This document shows positions 19,192 through 28,895 of a DNA stretch of 64,000 nucleotides, piece by piece. Under the pieces are notes generated by a model. The model saw only the letters and a program-made list of their open reading frames with translations. It had not been told where the DNA came from and made no database searches. The DNA is from Desulfomicrobium sp. (GTDB lineage: Bacteria; Desulfobacterota; Desulfovibrionia; Desulfovibrionales; Desulfomicrobiaceae). Positions within the stretch are counted from its first letter, which is position 1. Each line of letters starts with the position of its first letter. The stretch lies in assembly GCA_040768745.1 (NCBI GenBank), contig JAXGMI010000002.1:224001-288000 (forward strand), given 5' to 3'. A program made the translations under genes and the position numbers.

Positions 19192-20526
19192 TCAATCAAG
19201 GCCGAGGCGTTTGATTTTGTAGATCAGACCTCGACGGGTGATGCCCAGGATCTCGGCCGCCCGGGTCCGATTTCCGCCGGTTTGCTTCAGGGCCGCAACG
19301 ACAGCGTCGTATTCCTGCTGTTCCAAGGTCTTTGAATCAGCTGGAGTTGCCACTGCTGTCTGCATCGGTGGACGGACCTTGATCACACCCTTGCGCACTG
19401 CAGCGGGGAGGTGCTCAGGCAGGATGACGTCGGTTTGGCTCAGGAGGCGTACATGGGACATGGCGTTGGCCAGCTCACGGACATTGCCAGGCCAGTCGTG
19501 GGCCAGCAATGCCTGGATGGCCGCTCTGGACAGGCGCTTATTCTCGGTCTTGGTCTGGTTCAGGAAATGTCTGGCCAGGGGGACAATGTCCTCGGGCCGA
19601 TCCCGCAGGGCAGGGATTTCGATGGTGATGACATTCAGGCGATAGTAAAGGTCCTGGCGGAATCGGCCGGCGGCAACGTCCTCGTCGAGACGGCGATTGG
19701 TGGCTGCAATGAGCCGGCAGTCGATCTCGATCTCATGATCGCCGCCCACCGGGGTGATCCGGCCCGTTTCTGTGGCCCGGAGCAATGAGGCCTGCAATTC
19801 CAGAGGCATGTCTCCTATCTCGTCCAGAAAGAGGGTGCTTTCATGCGCCTCACGGAAGTAGCCTTTACGCTTGGCCACGGCCCCGGTGAAGGCTCCTTTT
19901 TCATGGCCGAAAAGCTCGCTGGACAGCAGCGTTGGGGCGATGGCCGCGCAGTTGACGGCCACAAGGGGCCTGTCACGGCGAGGACTGTGTCTGTGGATGA
20001 ACTGGGCCACAACCTCCTTTCCGCTCCCGCTTTCGCCGATGAGGAGAACCGTTGCCTCGCTGTCAGCCACCCTGTAGGCATCCCGCAATACGGCCCGCAT
20101 GGCTGGGCTTTCGGTGATGATCCCGTGCAGTGCTGCGGGGGGGATCTCGATGGACTCCCCTGGATCAACGCCCAGAGTGTCACGGACCACGGCCAGCAGC
20201 TCATCCAGATCCACGGGTTTGGCCAGATAATCCACGGCGCCGAGTTTCAGCGCATCCACTGCCCCGCGCACGTCGGCATAGGCAGTGACCAGGAGAAAGG
20301 GCAGGGAGGAGTGGTCCCTTCGACTGCGACGCAGCAGGTCCAGTCCGTTCTCGCCGGGCATGCGCACATCGCTGATGACCATGGCCGGTGCTTCCTGGGA
20401 GATCAGCCGCAAAGCTTCTTCCGCGCTTTCAGCCTCGCGCACGGCAAATCCAGCGTCACGAAGGACACGGGCATAGAGCTGTCGATACATGCTTTCGTCG
20501 TCAACGACGATGATGTGGTTACGCAT
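19192..20526 (-). CDS. sigma54-dependent response regulator (NtrC/ZraR family)
   Basis: Receiver domain (VVDDE, SDVRMP, AKP), GESGSGKE, GAFTGA, WPGNVREL, Fis-type HTH. Confidence 0.95.
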   Translation of the reverse strand: MRNHIIVVDDESMYRQLYARVLRDAGFAVREAESAEEALRLISQEAPAMVISDVRMPGENGLDLLRRSRRDHSSLPFLLVTAYADVRGAVDALKLGAVDYLAKPVDLDELLAVVRDTLGVDPGESIEIPPAALHGIITESPAMRAVLRDAYRVADSEATVLLIGESGSGKEVVAQFIHRHSPRRDRPLVAVNCAAIAPTLLSSELFGHEKGAFTGAVAKRKGYFREAHESTLFLDEIGDMPLELQASLLRATETGRITPVGGDHEIEIDCRLIAATNRRLDEDVAAGRFRQDLYYRLNVITIEIPALRDRPEDIVPLARHFLNQTKTENKRLSRAAIQALLAHDWPGNVRELANAMSHVRLLSQTDVILPEHLPAAVRKGVIKVRPPMQTAVATPADSKTLEQQEYDAVVAALKQTGGNRTRAAEILGITRRGLIYKIKRLGLD

Positions 20527-21823
20527 GTTCCTCCTCGGCGGGTTTTATGCCGGAAATGGTCATGATGGTTCCCTGGCCTGGCGTTGAGGACGCATTAATC
20601 CGCCACCCATGCGCATCAACCATGCGCTTGACTATGGCCAGGCCCAGGCCGTGTCCTGCGGCAGTGCCCGATGTGTAGGGTTTGAAGATGTTGGGCAAAA
20701 GTTCGGGGGAAATGCCGCAGCCCTTATCTTCAACCATAAGTTGAAGTTTTCGGCGGTGCCGATTGGTCCTGACGAATACCGTCGTGCCGGGGTTTGAGGC
20801 GCGCAGGCTGTTCAGGAGCAAGTTGACCAGGATCTGGCGAACCATGGTTCCGTCAGCCAGAATTCGAACCGGGTGTACGGCAACCTGGACATAGACTCCC
20901 CCTGAATCGAATTCGGGTTTCAGGGCCTGGACTACCTCGGAGCAAAGTCCGAAAAGATCCACGGGAGCCAGGTTGGCCGTCCGTTGGCGGGCGAAATTCA
21001 TGAAGCTGCCCAGGCGTGACGTGGTCTTGTCGACCTCGTCTATGATCTGCTCCAGCATGGCCCGGCTATCAGGGGGGATGTTGGGGCGGGATGCAATCTG
21101 TTGGGCCATGCCCATGATGATGCCCAGGGGGTTTTTGGTTTCATGGGCCAGACCAGCCGCTGCCAGAGCCAGTTCTTCCAGGTGGGCGCTGCGGATGCGT
21201 TCGGCCGCAAGTTGTGAGACCACGGATCTGCGGCGGAGGCTGGCGACCCACACGGCAGAGAAGGCCAGGATGCAGACCAGGGCGGACAGGAAGATGGGTC
21301 CCTCGCGCCTCCAGAACCATGAGGAGGCAAAGGGTTCCGACGGAGGCCGAAAGCCGAGGTACATGACCGGGGTGCCTGACGGCCACAGCCCCAGGTGGGG
21401 GATGTTCAAAGCCTCGGACCATGAGATGGGGATCTCCATGGGTCGCAGTGGGGCCCAGAAGACGTACATGGTTTCTTCCAGGCGTTCCCCCTGGGTGCTG
21501 TTGGACATCAGGAAATCAGGGGCAGTCCCGGTCTGGGCAAGGCGTCCATGGCGATCCTGAATGACTAGGAAAAGAATGCGCGAATTGCGGGTTATGCTTC
21601 CGAGCACGTTTTCGACCTGTTGCCAGTCGGTCAATTCGCCATTGGCCAGGGAGGCGACAACAGCATTCATCGTGTCAAAACTGTCCTGGGCCCGTTGCCT
21701 TCGCCATTCCAGAGACCGTTCACTGTAGCCCTGCCAGGACCAGAAAACCCACAATCCCAGTGCCAGGATCATGCCCGCAATGGTCAGGATCGGAGTGCGG
21801 AAGGTGTGTTGGTCGTGATTCAT
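20519..21823 (-). CDS. Membrane sensor histidine kinase
   Basis: Two TM helices, H-box AHETKNPL, N-box NLLLNS, DKGCG, GHGLGL. Confidence 0.93.
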   Translation of the reverse strand: MNHDQHTFRTPILTIAGMILALGLWVFWSWQGYSERSLEWRRQRAQDSFDTMNAVVASLANGELTDWQQVENVLGSITRNSRILFLVIQDRHGRLAQTGTAPDFLMSNSTQGERLEETMYVFWAPLRPMEIPISWSEALNIPHLGLWPSGTPVMYLGFRPPSEPFASSWFWRREGPIFLSALVCILAFSAVWVASLRRRSVVSQLAAERIRSAHLEELALAAAGLAHETKNPLGIIMGMAQQIASRPNIPPDSRAMLEQIIDEVDKTTSRLGSFMNFARQRTANLAPVDLFGLCSEVVQALKPEFDSGGVYVQVAVHPVRILADGTMVRQILVNLLLNSLRASNPGTTVFVRTNRHRRKLQLMVEDKGCGISPELLPNIFKPYTSGTAAGHGLGLAIVKRMVDAHGWRINASSTPGQGTIMTISGIKPAEEEHA

Positions 21824-21861
21824 GCTCCCTCCTTGCCAGAGAGCGTTTAGCAAAGAGCGTG

Positions 21862-22674
21862 CTAGGCATGCATTGGTCGCGATGTGTTCAGGAGCATCCT
21901 GTCGGAAATATCCCCTTCGCCCTGGGTGTGAAATTTGTGCAGCAGGGCTTCCACAGTCAGGCTCGATTTTTCGTCCGCCCGTGCATCCAGGATGATTCGT
22001 CCCTGGTGCATCATGATCAGCCGGTTGCCGAGGTTGAGGGCCTGATGCATGTTGTGGGTGACCATCAAGGTGGTCAGTCCGTTGTCTGTGACGATGGTTC
22101 TGGTCAGCTCCAGCATCTGCGCCGCTGTTTTGGGGTCCAGGGCCGCGGTGTGTTCGTCCAGGAGGAGAAGATCCGGCCGCACCAGGGTGGCCATAACCAT
22201 GGTCAGGGCCTGGCGCTGTCCCCCCGACAACAGACCAACCCTGTCCCTGAGACGGCTTTCGAGCCCCAGGCCCAGGACCTGCAGTCGCCGTCTGAACAGA
22301 TCGAGATCCGTGACCTTGACTCCGCGACCCAACCCCCGGGGCTTTCCGCGTTTCAAGGCCAGGGCCATGTTCTGGGCAATGGTTCCATTGGCGCAGGTGC
22401 CCTTGAGGGGATCCTGGAAGACGCGGCCGATGAGGCGCGCCCGTTTGTATTCGGGCCAGTGGGTCACGTCGGTGCCGTGTACGCCGATGGTTCCGGAGTT
22501 CACGGCATGGGTCCCTGCCAGACAGGACAGAAACGTGGATTTGCCGGCCCCGTTGGATCCGATGATGGTGATGAAGTCGCCCTGTTCGATGTCGATGGAC
22601 AGGTCGCGGATACCGTGCACTTCATTCACGCTGCCGCGATGAAAGTATTTGTTGATGTTCTGGACGCAGATCAC
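21862..22674 (-). CDS. ABC transporter ATP-binding protein
   Basis: GSNGAGKST, RVFQDP, LSGGQRQ, LDEHTAALDP; GTG start overlaps the permease stop. Confidence 0.92.
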   Translation of the reverse strand: MICVQNINKYFHRGSVNEVHGIRDLSIDIEQGDFITIIGSNGAGKSTFLSCLAGTHAVNSGTIGVHGTDVTHWPEYKRARLIGRVFQDPLKGTCANGTIAQNMALALKRGKPRGLGRGVKVTDLDLFRRRLQVLGLGLESRLRDRVGLLSGGQRQALTMVMATLVRPDLLLLDEHTAALDPKTAAQMLELTRTIVTDNGLTTLMVTHNMHQALNLGNRLIMMHQGRIILDARADEKSSLTVEALLHKFHTQGEGDISDRMLLNTSRPMHA

Positions 22675-23555
22675 CGGGCGAGTCTCCGTTTGAGCATGGG
22701 CGAGGTCAGGGCCAGGATGACCAGGAAGGCGGTGATGAGATTGAGATCGCTCGGGGTCAGTGCAAAATCTCCAAGTTTGAAACTGAGGGCCAGGGCGATG
22801 GCAATGCGATAGACCAGTGACCCGGCAAGGACGGCAGCGCAGGTCCGGGCGATGGTCGGCGCACCACAGATCGTCTCGCCCAGGATGACCGAAGCCAGCC
22901 CGGCGACGATGGTGCCCACGCCCATGTTCACGTCGGCCGCGCCCTGGTTCTGAGCGATGAGTGCCCCGCTGCAAGCCACCAGGGCGTTGGACAGCCCAAC
23001 CCCGATGATGATGACGTTGTCCGTGTTCACTCCCAAGGCCGTGATCATGTGCCGGTTGTCGCCCGTGGCCAGCATGGCCTGGCCGAACTCGGTATGCAGA
23101 AACCAGATCAGGACAGCCATGACCGAGGTTGCCACCACGAAAAAGCACAGCGGGCTCAAGACGTGGAGGGGCAGTCCCGTTTTCTCCAGATCGGTCAGGA
23201 TCGACGGCGCGCCGAGCAGGGCCACGTTGGGACCGTCCATGATGCGGATGTTGATGGAGTAGAGGGATATCATGGTCAGGATCGAAGCAAGGAGATGCAG
23301 GATCTTGAGCTTGGTGTTGAGGATGGCGGTGGCGGCTCCAGCCAGGAATCCCGCTAGCGTGGCCAAGGTCAGTGCCAGGTAGGGGCTGTGGCCAGACGTC
23401 ACGGTCACGGCGCAGACTGACGCGCCCAGGGGCAGGCTGCCGTCCACGGTCAGGTCAGGAAAATCGAGGATGCGGAAGGTCAGGTAGACCCCCAGTGCCA
23501 TGATGCCGTAAAGAAACCCCTGTTCCAGGGCTCCGAGAAACGCGTACAGGGTCAT
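22671..23555 (-). CDS. ABC transporter permease (TrpY-like aromatic amino acid transporter family)
   Basis: TFRILDFPDLTVDGSLPLG, ADVNMGVGTIVAGLASVILGE. Confidence 0.88.
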   Translation of the reverse strand: MTLYAFLGALEQGFLYGIMALGVYLTFRILDFPDLTVDGSLPLGASVCAVTVTSGHSPYLALTLATLAGFLAGAATAILNTKLKILHLLASILTMISLYSINIRIMDGPNVALLGAPSILTDLEKTGLPLHVLSPLCFFVVATSVMAVLIWFLHTEFGQAMLATGDNRHMITALGVNTDNVIIIGVGLSNALVACSGALIAQNQGAADVNMGVGTIVAGLASVILGETICGAPTIARTCAAVLAGSLVYRIAIALALSFKLGDFALTPSDLNLITAFLVILALTSPMLKRRLAR

Positions 23556-23972
23556 AGGTGTACCGGTGGTGAGGGTGGACAAAGGGGGAGTGCATGCATT
23601 TTACGGAATGCCGTGTCTGGTTTCTTTTCCAGCATGGCCAGGTTCGTTCGCTTCATGCCCACGCGGCGGCTACCCGTCAACTCCTCCCTGAAATGGCCAG
23701 AGGCAGGGTCAGGATCCGGTCTGCGGTTGGTTGATGGACTCCACCAATATTGTGCGGAACCTCAGGGAGGTGCGGACCAAGTTGCCGCTTTCAGTTTGGC
23801 CGGTCTTTTGACATAGTGATTGACCAGTGTTTCCGCTGCGATGATGCGACTGTTCACGTTTGTCTTTGCGTCGTGTGGCTGAAAAGGTTGTTTTCCTTTT
23901 GAGCGTGGGGCAGAGAGCGGGGAGAGGAATCCTTGATGCGCTCCACATTACCCCCGGAAAAGTGACGAATAC

Positions 23973-25097
23973 ATGCAAATCTATCTGGTAGGAGGGGCGG
24001 TGCGTGACATGGTTCGCGGGAGGATGGAGCCCGCGGATCTCGATTATGTGGTGCTGGGTGGGACCGAGGATGATTTGCGCCGTAACGTGCCTGGACTGAT
24101 TCGGGTCGGGAGGGACATCCCAGTATTTTTGAAGGGTGCCACGCAATACACATTTTCGACATTCACGAGCATCGAGGATGACCTGGCCTCCCGGGACCTG
24201 ACCATAAACGCCCTGGCCCAGGACAAGTCCGGAGTCGTCATCGCTCATCCACTGGCTTTGGCCGATTTGCGGGACAAGATTCTGCGGCCCGTGTCTGCGG
24301 ATAACTTTTTGGCCGATCCATTGCGGGTTATCCGCGCCGCCCGTTTCGCAGCAGTGCTTTCCGATTTTTCGGTTCATGCCGAGCTGTTGGCCGCCATGCG
24401 TTCTGTTTCTGCACAGGGCCTGGGTTCGGTGGCTGCCGAGCGGGTTGGCCAGGAATCGCTCAAGGCCTGCGAAGGACACAAGCCGGGAAATTTTCTACGC
24501 ATCTTGCACGCTGGAGATGCCCTTGATCCATGGTTGGCGGAATTTGCCGCAGCGGACGCCATTCCTGCCGGCCCCTCATCCCACCATGACACGAGCGTAT
24601 TGGAACACACGGCCCAGGTCATGGATGGTTGCGCAGGCCAACCCATGGCGGTGTGGATGGCGCTGTGCCATGACCTGGGAAAAACAGTGACCCCTGTTAC
24701 GGCCTTGCCCCGGCATATCGGACATGAAAAAGAGGGAGAGCCTCTGGCCGCGAACCTGGCCTTCCGTCTGCGCCTCCCGAAACGTCATTTGGTGGCCGGA
24801 CGTTTGGCCGTGCGCTGGCACATGGCCGGAGGATTGTATGCGAATTTGAGGCCTTCAACAAAGGTCCGCTTGCTCCTGGCCCTGGACAGGGCAGGGGTGG
24901 TCGACCAGTTTTTTCAGATGGTGGCGGCGGATCAGGGCGGAAACCATACCGCTGCGGCCCGGAAGGATCTGCTGCTGATCAAATCTGTCAGGCTGCCAGA
25001 CAAGCACCGCGGGTTGGGGCCGAGAAGCGCGGAGATTCTGCTGCAATTGCGTTGCGAGGCTCTGGCCGACCTGAGCGGACAGGATCTCGTACGCTGA
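23973..25097 (+). CDS. cca: tRNA nucleotidyltransferase (CCA-adding/poly(A) polymerase family) with HD domain
   Basis: YLVGGAVRD, DLDYVV, DLASRDLTINA, DPLRVIRAARF, H...CHDLGK. Confidence 0.88.
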   Translation: MQIYLVGGAVRDMVRGRMEPADLDYVVLGGTEDDLRRNVPGLIRVGRDIPVFLKGATQYTFSTFTSIEDDLASRDLTINALAQDKSGVVIAHPLALADLRDKILRPVSADNFLADPLRVIRAARFAAVLSDFSVHAELLAAMRSVSAQGLGSVAAERVGQESLKACEGHKPGNFLRILHAGDALDPWLAEFAAADAIPAGPSSHHDTSVLEHTAQVMDGCAGQPMAVWMALCHDLGKTVTPVTALPRHIGHEKEGEPLAANLAFRLRLPKRHLVAGRLAVRWHMAGGLYANLRPSTKVRLLLALDRAGVVDQFFQMVAADQGGNHTAAARKDLLLIKSVRLPDKHRGLGPRSAEILLQLRCEALADLSGQDLVR

Positions 25098-25184
25098 CTT
25101 CGGTGGCGGTGTCGCACGAGGCGTTGCGGGGGACCCCGGACCTCCGAACCGACAGGGACTGATACTCTTCAAGGATGGGGTGCA

Positions 25185-25949
25185 ATGCAGGAAGCGACTG
25201 CTCTGGCCAGACAAATGATGTCCCTGCTGGATCTGACCTCGTTGTCCGGGAGGGAGACATCGGAGGATGTTCGCCATCTGTGCGGAAGGGCTTGCAGCCC
25301 ATGCGGCCGGGTGGCAGCCGTCTGCCTGTTTCCCCGCTTCCTCCGGGAGGCGCGCACGGCCCTGGACCGTTGGGGAATTCGTGGCGTCAGACTGGCCACG
25401 GTGGCCAATTTTCCGGCAGGAGAGGAGGACTCTGCCCGGGCTGTGGCCGAGATTGAGCTCTGCCTGTCTAACGCGGCCGACGAGGTGGACCTGGTCATGC
25501 CGTACGGGGCGCTTCTGCGGGGAGATTCAGGGTTCGTGCGTCAGTTTCTACGGACCTGCAGAAAGGCCTGCCCGGTCCTGCTCAAGGTTATTTTGGAGTC
25601 TGGCAGGCTGGGCTCACCGGACCTGATCAGGACTGCGAGTCGGTTGGCCATCGAGTGCGGTGCAGACTTCCTGAAAACGTCCACGGGCAGGACCCCGGTG
25701 CATGCAACGCCCGAGGCGGCCAGGATCATGCTGGAGGCCATCGCCGAGTCCGGCCTTCCTGTCGGATTCAAGGCTTCCGGCGGCCTGCGGACCATGGCCG
25801 ATGCCCAGGTCTATCTCGATCTTGCCGCGGAAATCATGGGGCCAGACTGGATCGGTCCGGGCAGGTTCCGTTTCGGGGCAAGCCAGCTGTTGGATGAACT
25901 TCTGAGGGTGGCCGCTCAGGAAGGGGAGCCATGCGTCGGGTCTGCCTGA
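25185..25949 (+). CDS. deoC: Deoxyribose-phosphate aldolase
   Basis: LDLTSL, ATVANFP, DEVDLV, LKVILES, DFLKTSTG, GFKASGG, FRFGAS. Confidence 0.95.
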   Translation: MQEATALARQMMSLLDLTSLSGRETSEDVRHLCGRACSPCGRVAAVCLFPRFLREARTALDRWGIRGVRLATVANFPAGEEDSARAVAEIELCLSNAADEVDLVMPYGALLRGDSGFVRQFLRTCRKACPVLLKVILESGRLGSPDLIRTASRLAIECGADFLKTSTGRTPVHATPEAARIMLEAIAESGLPVGFKASGGLRTMADAQVYLDLAAEIMGPDWIGPGRFRFGASQLLDELLRVAAQEGEPCVGSA

Positions 25950-27148
25950 TCGTCCTGGACTCCCTGGGTGTGGGGGGCGCCCCTGACGCGGCTCGGTTCG
26001 GTGACCAGGGGGCAGACACCCTCGGCCACATCGCCGAGTCCTGCGCCCGGGGTCTGGCCGATGCAGGCCGCGTTGGTCCCCTGGTTCTCCCGACGTTTTC
26101 AGCCCTGGGCCTCGGCCTGGCTGCGGCCCTGTCCACCGGTGTCGTGCCCTGGGGTCTGCAGCCAAGCGGTCCGCTCAGGGCCCGATACGGCTGCGCGACG
26201 CAGATCAGCAAAGGCAAGGACACGACGAGCGGACATTTTGAGATGGCCGGTGTACCGTTGACGTCCGACTGGGGCTATTTCGAATCCCAGACCGCATCCA
26301 TTCCGGAGCCGTTGCTGGATGCGCTGACAGAGAAAGCGGGACTTCCAGGGGTGCTCGGGAACTGCAAAGCGTCGGGCACGGATATTCTGATGCAGCTGGG
26401 GGAGGAACATCTTCGTACCGGCCGGCCCATTGTTTACACCTCCGCGGATTCAGTGCTGCAGATTGCTGCCCACGAAGAGCATTTCGGATTGGAACGTTTG
26501 CTTGCGGTCTGCCGCATTGCCAGGAAGCTGGTTGACCCGTACCGCATCGCGCGGGTCATAGCCCGTCCCTTCACGGGAAAGGATGCCGCATCGTTCGTGC
26601 GCACATCCAACAGACGGGATTTTTCCATGCCACCGCCAGTGCCGACCCTGCTCGACCATGTCTGCAGGGCAGGAGGAACTGTCGTGGCAGTGGGCAAGGT
26701 GGCCGATATTTTCGCGTCTCAGGGTGTCACACACGTCTTGCACACATCGGGCCAGGATCAGCTTCTGGACGTCACCCTGCAAGCCTGGGAGAAAGCTGAA
26801 GACAGGTCCTTGGTTCTGACCAATTTTGTTGATTTTGACACCGTCTACGGCCATCGTCGGGACGTGGCCGGGTATGCCCGGGCACTGGAGGCTTTTGATC
26901 TCCGCCTGCCTGAACTGCTGGGGCGGATGCGTGAGGGGGATCTGTGCGTCCTGACCGCGGATCACGGCTGCGATCCGACCTGGGCCGGCACGGACCATAC
27001 CCGGGAAAGGGTCCCGATCCTGGCCTTTGGCCCCTCCATCCGGCCCGGCTCCATGGGGGTGCGGGACAGCCTGGCCGATATCGGCGCGACTGTGGCCAGA
27101 TTTCTGGGTGTAAAGGAAACGGGATACGGCCAACCCTTTCTCGAGTGA
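25931..27148 (+). CDS. deoB: Phosphopentomutase
   Basis: IVLDSLGVG, GKDTTSGH, YTSADSV, NFVDFD..YGHRRD, TADHGCDPT, DHTRE. Confidence 0.96.
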   Translation: MRRVCLIVLDSLGVGGAPDAARFGDQGADTLGHIAESCARGLADAGRVGPLVLPTFSALGLGLAAALSTGVVPWGLQPSGPLRARYGCATQISKGKDTTSGHFEMAGVPLTSDWGYFESQTASIPEPLLDALTEKAGLPGVLGNCKASGTDILMQLGEEHLRTGRPIVYTSADSVLQIAAHEEHFGLERLLAVCRIARKLVDPYRIARVIARPFTGKDAASFVRTSNRRDFSMPPPVPTLLDHVCRAGGTVVAVGKVADIFASQGVTHVLHTSGQDQLLDVTLQAWEKAEDRSLVLTNFVDFDTVYGHRRDVAGYARALEAFDLRLPELLGRMREGDLCVLTADHGCDPTWAGTDHTRERVPILAFGPSIRPGSMGVRDSLADIGATVARFLGVKETGYGQPFLE

Positions 27149-27182
27149 TGACGAATGTGCAATTTTTTTCGAGGATAAAAAT

Positions 27183-28340
27183 ATGACATATGAACCCGGT
27201 CCTGAACACAACATGCGGGCTGAACGCATTGTTCCGAATCTGATCCGGGTGATGGTCTGGGGTGGAGTGTTCACGGTTTTGTTCATCCTGCGCTCCTTTT
27301 TTCTCCTCCTCTTTCTGACCTTCGTGTTCGGGTACATCCAGAGTCGTGGCGCAAACAAACTGCAGCCTTTCATTCCGCACCGGCCCACCCGGGTGATCCT
27401 GGTAGCCATGCTCTTTCTGGGCGTCCTGGTGGCGGTGGGCGTGTTCCTGGTGCCCCGGGCCAAGGATCAGACCGTCCTTTTTGTTTCCCAGCTCCCGCAG
27501 TACATCACCCGTCTGGACCAGGAGCTCGTCGCCCTGGGAGAACGCTACCCCTTGCTCAGCAACATTATTCCGGAGCTTGGGCATCTGACGGACCAGCATG
27601 CCACAGGGCTCGGCAAATCCCGTGTCGCGGTCCTGGTGCAGCAGATTTTCGGCCTTGTCGAGCACGATGGACAGCACAAGGTCAATCAGCTCGTGGATCT
27701 TGTCCGCGGAGTGGGGGGCAGTATCGCGGCCATCGCCTCGGCCTTCCTTCTGGCCCTCCTGTTTTCCTTCCTCATCGTGCTTGATCTTCCACGTTTGAAA
27801 CAGAGCGTGCAGTCTTTGGAATATTCCAGGCTGGGATTCATTTATCGGGAGGTCGCCGGAAGTATCAGCGACTTTGCCAGTGTTTTGGGCCGCTCTTTGG
27901 AGGCCCAGTTTGCCATTGCGGTCATCAATTCCCTGCTCACGGCCATTGGTGTGGCCATGCTGGGCATGGGCTCCACCATGGCCTTTCTGACAGTCATCGT
28001 CTTTCTGTGCAGCTTCATCCCGGTCCTGGGCGTGTTCATCAGCTCCGTCCCCATTTGCCTCATCGCCCTGCAGACATCCGGTCTGACCACAATGATCCTG
28101 GCCATCGTCATGATCACGGTCATTCACCTGATCGAGGGGTATATTCTCAACCCCCGTATCTACGGCTCCTACATGCGCATCAATCCAGTGATCGTGCTCT
28201 TCATCCTGACCATCGGGGCCAAGTTGTTCCACATCTGGGGGCTGGTTCTGGGCGTCCCCATATGCACCTATCTTTATGGGCTGGTTGTGCAAAAGCCCAC
28301 CCCTGCCGGCCATCATGAGGACAATGCCGAATTGCCCTGA
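27183..28340 (+). CDS. AI-2E (PerM) family transporter
   Basis: Multi-TM; SFIPVLG, EGYILNPRIYG..INP, GLVLGVP. Confidence 0.88.
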   Translation: MTYEPGPEHNMRAERIVPNLIRVMVWGGVFTVLFILRSFFLLLFLTFVFGYIQSRGANKLQPFIPHRPTRVILVAMLFLGVLVAVGVFLVPRAKDQTVLFVSQLPQYITRLDQELVALGERYPLLSNIIPELGHLTDQHATGLGKSRVAVLVQQIFGLVEHDGQHKVNQLVDLVRGVGGSIAAIASAFLLALLFSFLIVLDLPRLKQSVQSLEYSRLGFIYREVAGSISDFASVLGRSLEAQFAIAVINSLLTAIGVAMLGMGSTMAFLTVIVFLCSFIPVLGVFISSVPICLIALQTSGLTTMILAIVMITVIHLIEGYILNPRIYGSYMRINPVIVLFILTIGAKLFHIWGLVLGVPICTYLYGLVVQKPTPAGHHEDNAELP

Positions 28341-28403
28341 GAAGATGCGTCATTGCGTTGGCCTGCGCGCGTCAGAAGAGACATCACGAAATATGGAGAA
28401 TCC

Positions 28404-28814
28404 GTGGCCGGTGAGTTGTTCATTGTGATTGTGGAAGGTCCGTGTTTTGGGCGCAATGTGTTGTGCAGGGCGCTTGCTAGCTGGGGCTATGCGTATTTTT
28501 TGGCGGAGGATGAGGCTGCGGCCTGGTCCGCGGTGACGGCTGTAAGAGGGCCGACCGTGGTTCTGGCCGACTGGCAGGTGGATTTCATGGAATGTGAGAA
28601 ATTTTTTCTCCGCATCCGCCGCCAGCAGGACCTGGGCCAGATACATCTGATGGGTGCAATCCCTCGCGGGGCACCGGGGGCCATCCGGCAATGCGTACGG
28701 GCTGGGGCGGACGATGTCGTCTCCGTGCCCTACGATCTGGACGAGGTGCGCTTGCGACTGCACACGGCCCGCAAGCTGCTGGGCTTATCGCCGGGTGGTG
28801 CCGTTTTTTCCTGA
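28404..28814 (+). CDS. Atypical single-domain response-regulator-like protein
   Basis: GGAG RBS with GTG start; receiver-like pattern IVIVE...VVLADW...AGADDVVSVPYD. Confidence 0.7.
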   Translation: MAGELFIVIVEGPCFGRNVLCRALASWGYAYFLAEDEAAAWSAVTAVRGPTVVLADWQVDFMECEKFFLRIRRQQDLGQIHLMGAIPRGAPGAIRQCVRAGADDVVSVPYDLDEVRLRLHTARKLLGLSPGGAVFS

Positions 28815-28895
28815 TGTTCCGCAGGGTTTTCACTCCTGACCGGGTGATGGGGTGAGGAGGCCGGTGCACTCCGCGGCACTACCCAAGATGATCCT

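Noticed and set aside
23600..23860. Possible Trp leader peptide (TGG TGG on the minus strand) upstream of the TrpY-like permease
   Set aside because: The Trp-Trp codons follow an in-frame stop with no start or RBS, and no attenuator terminator is evident
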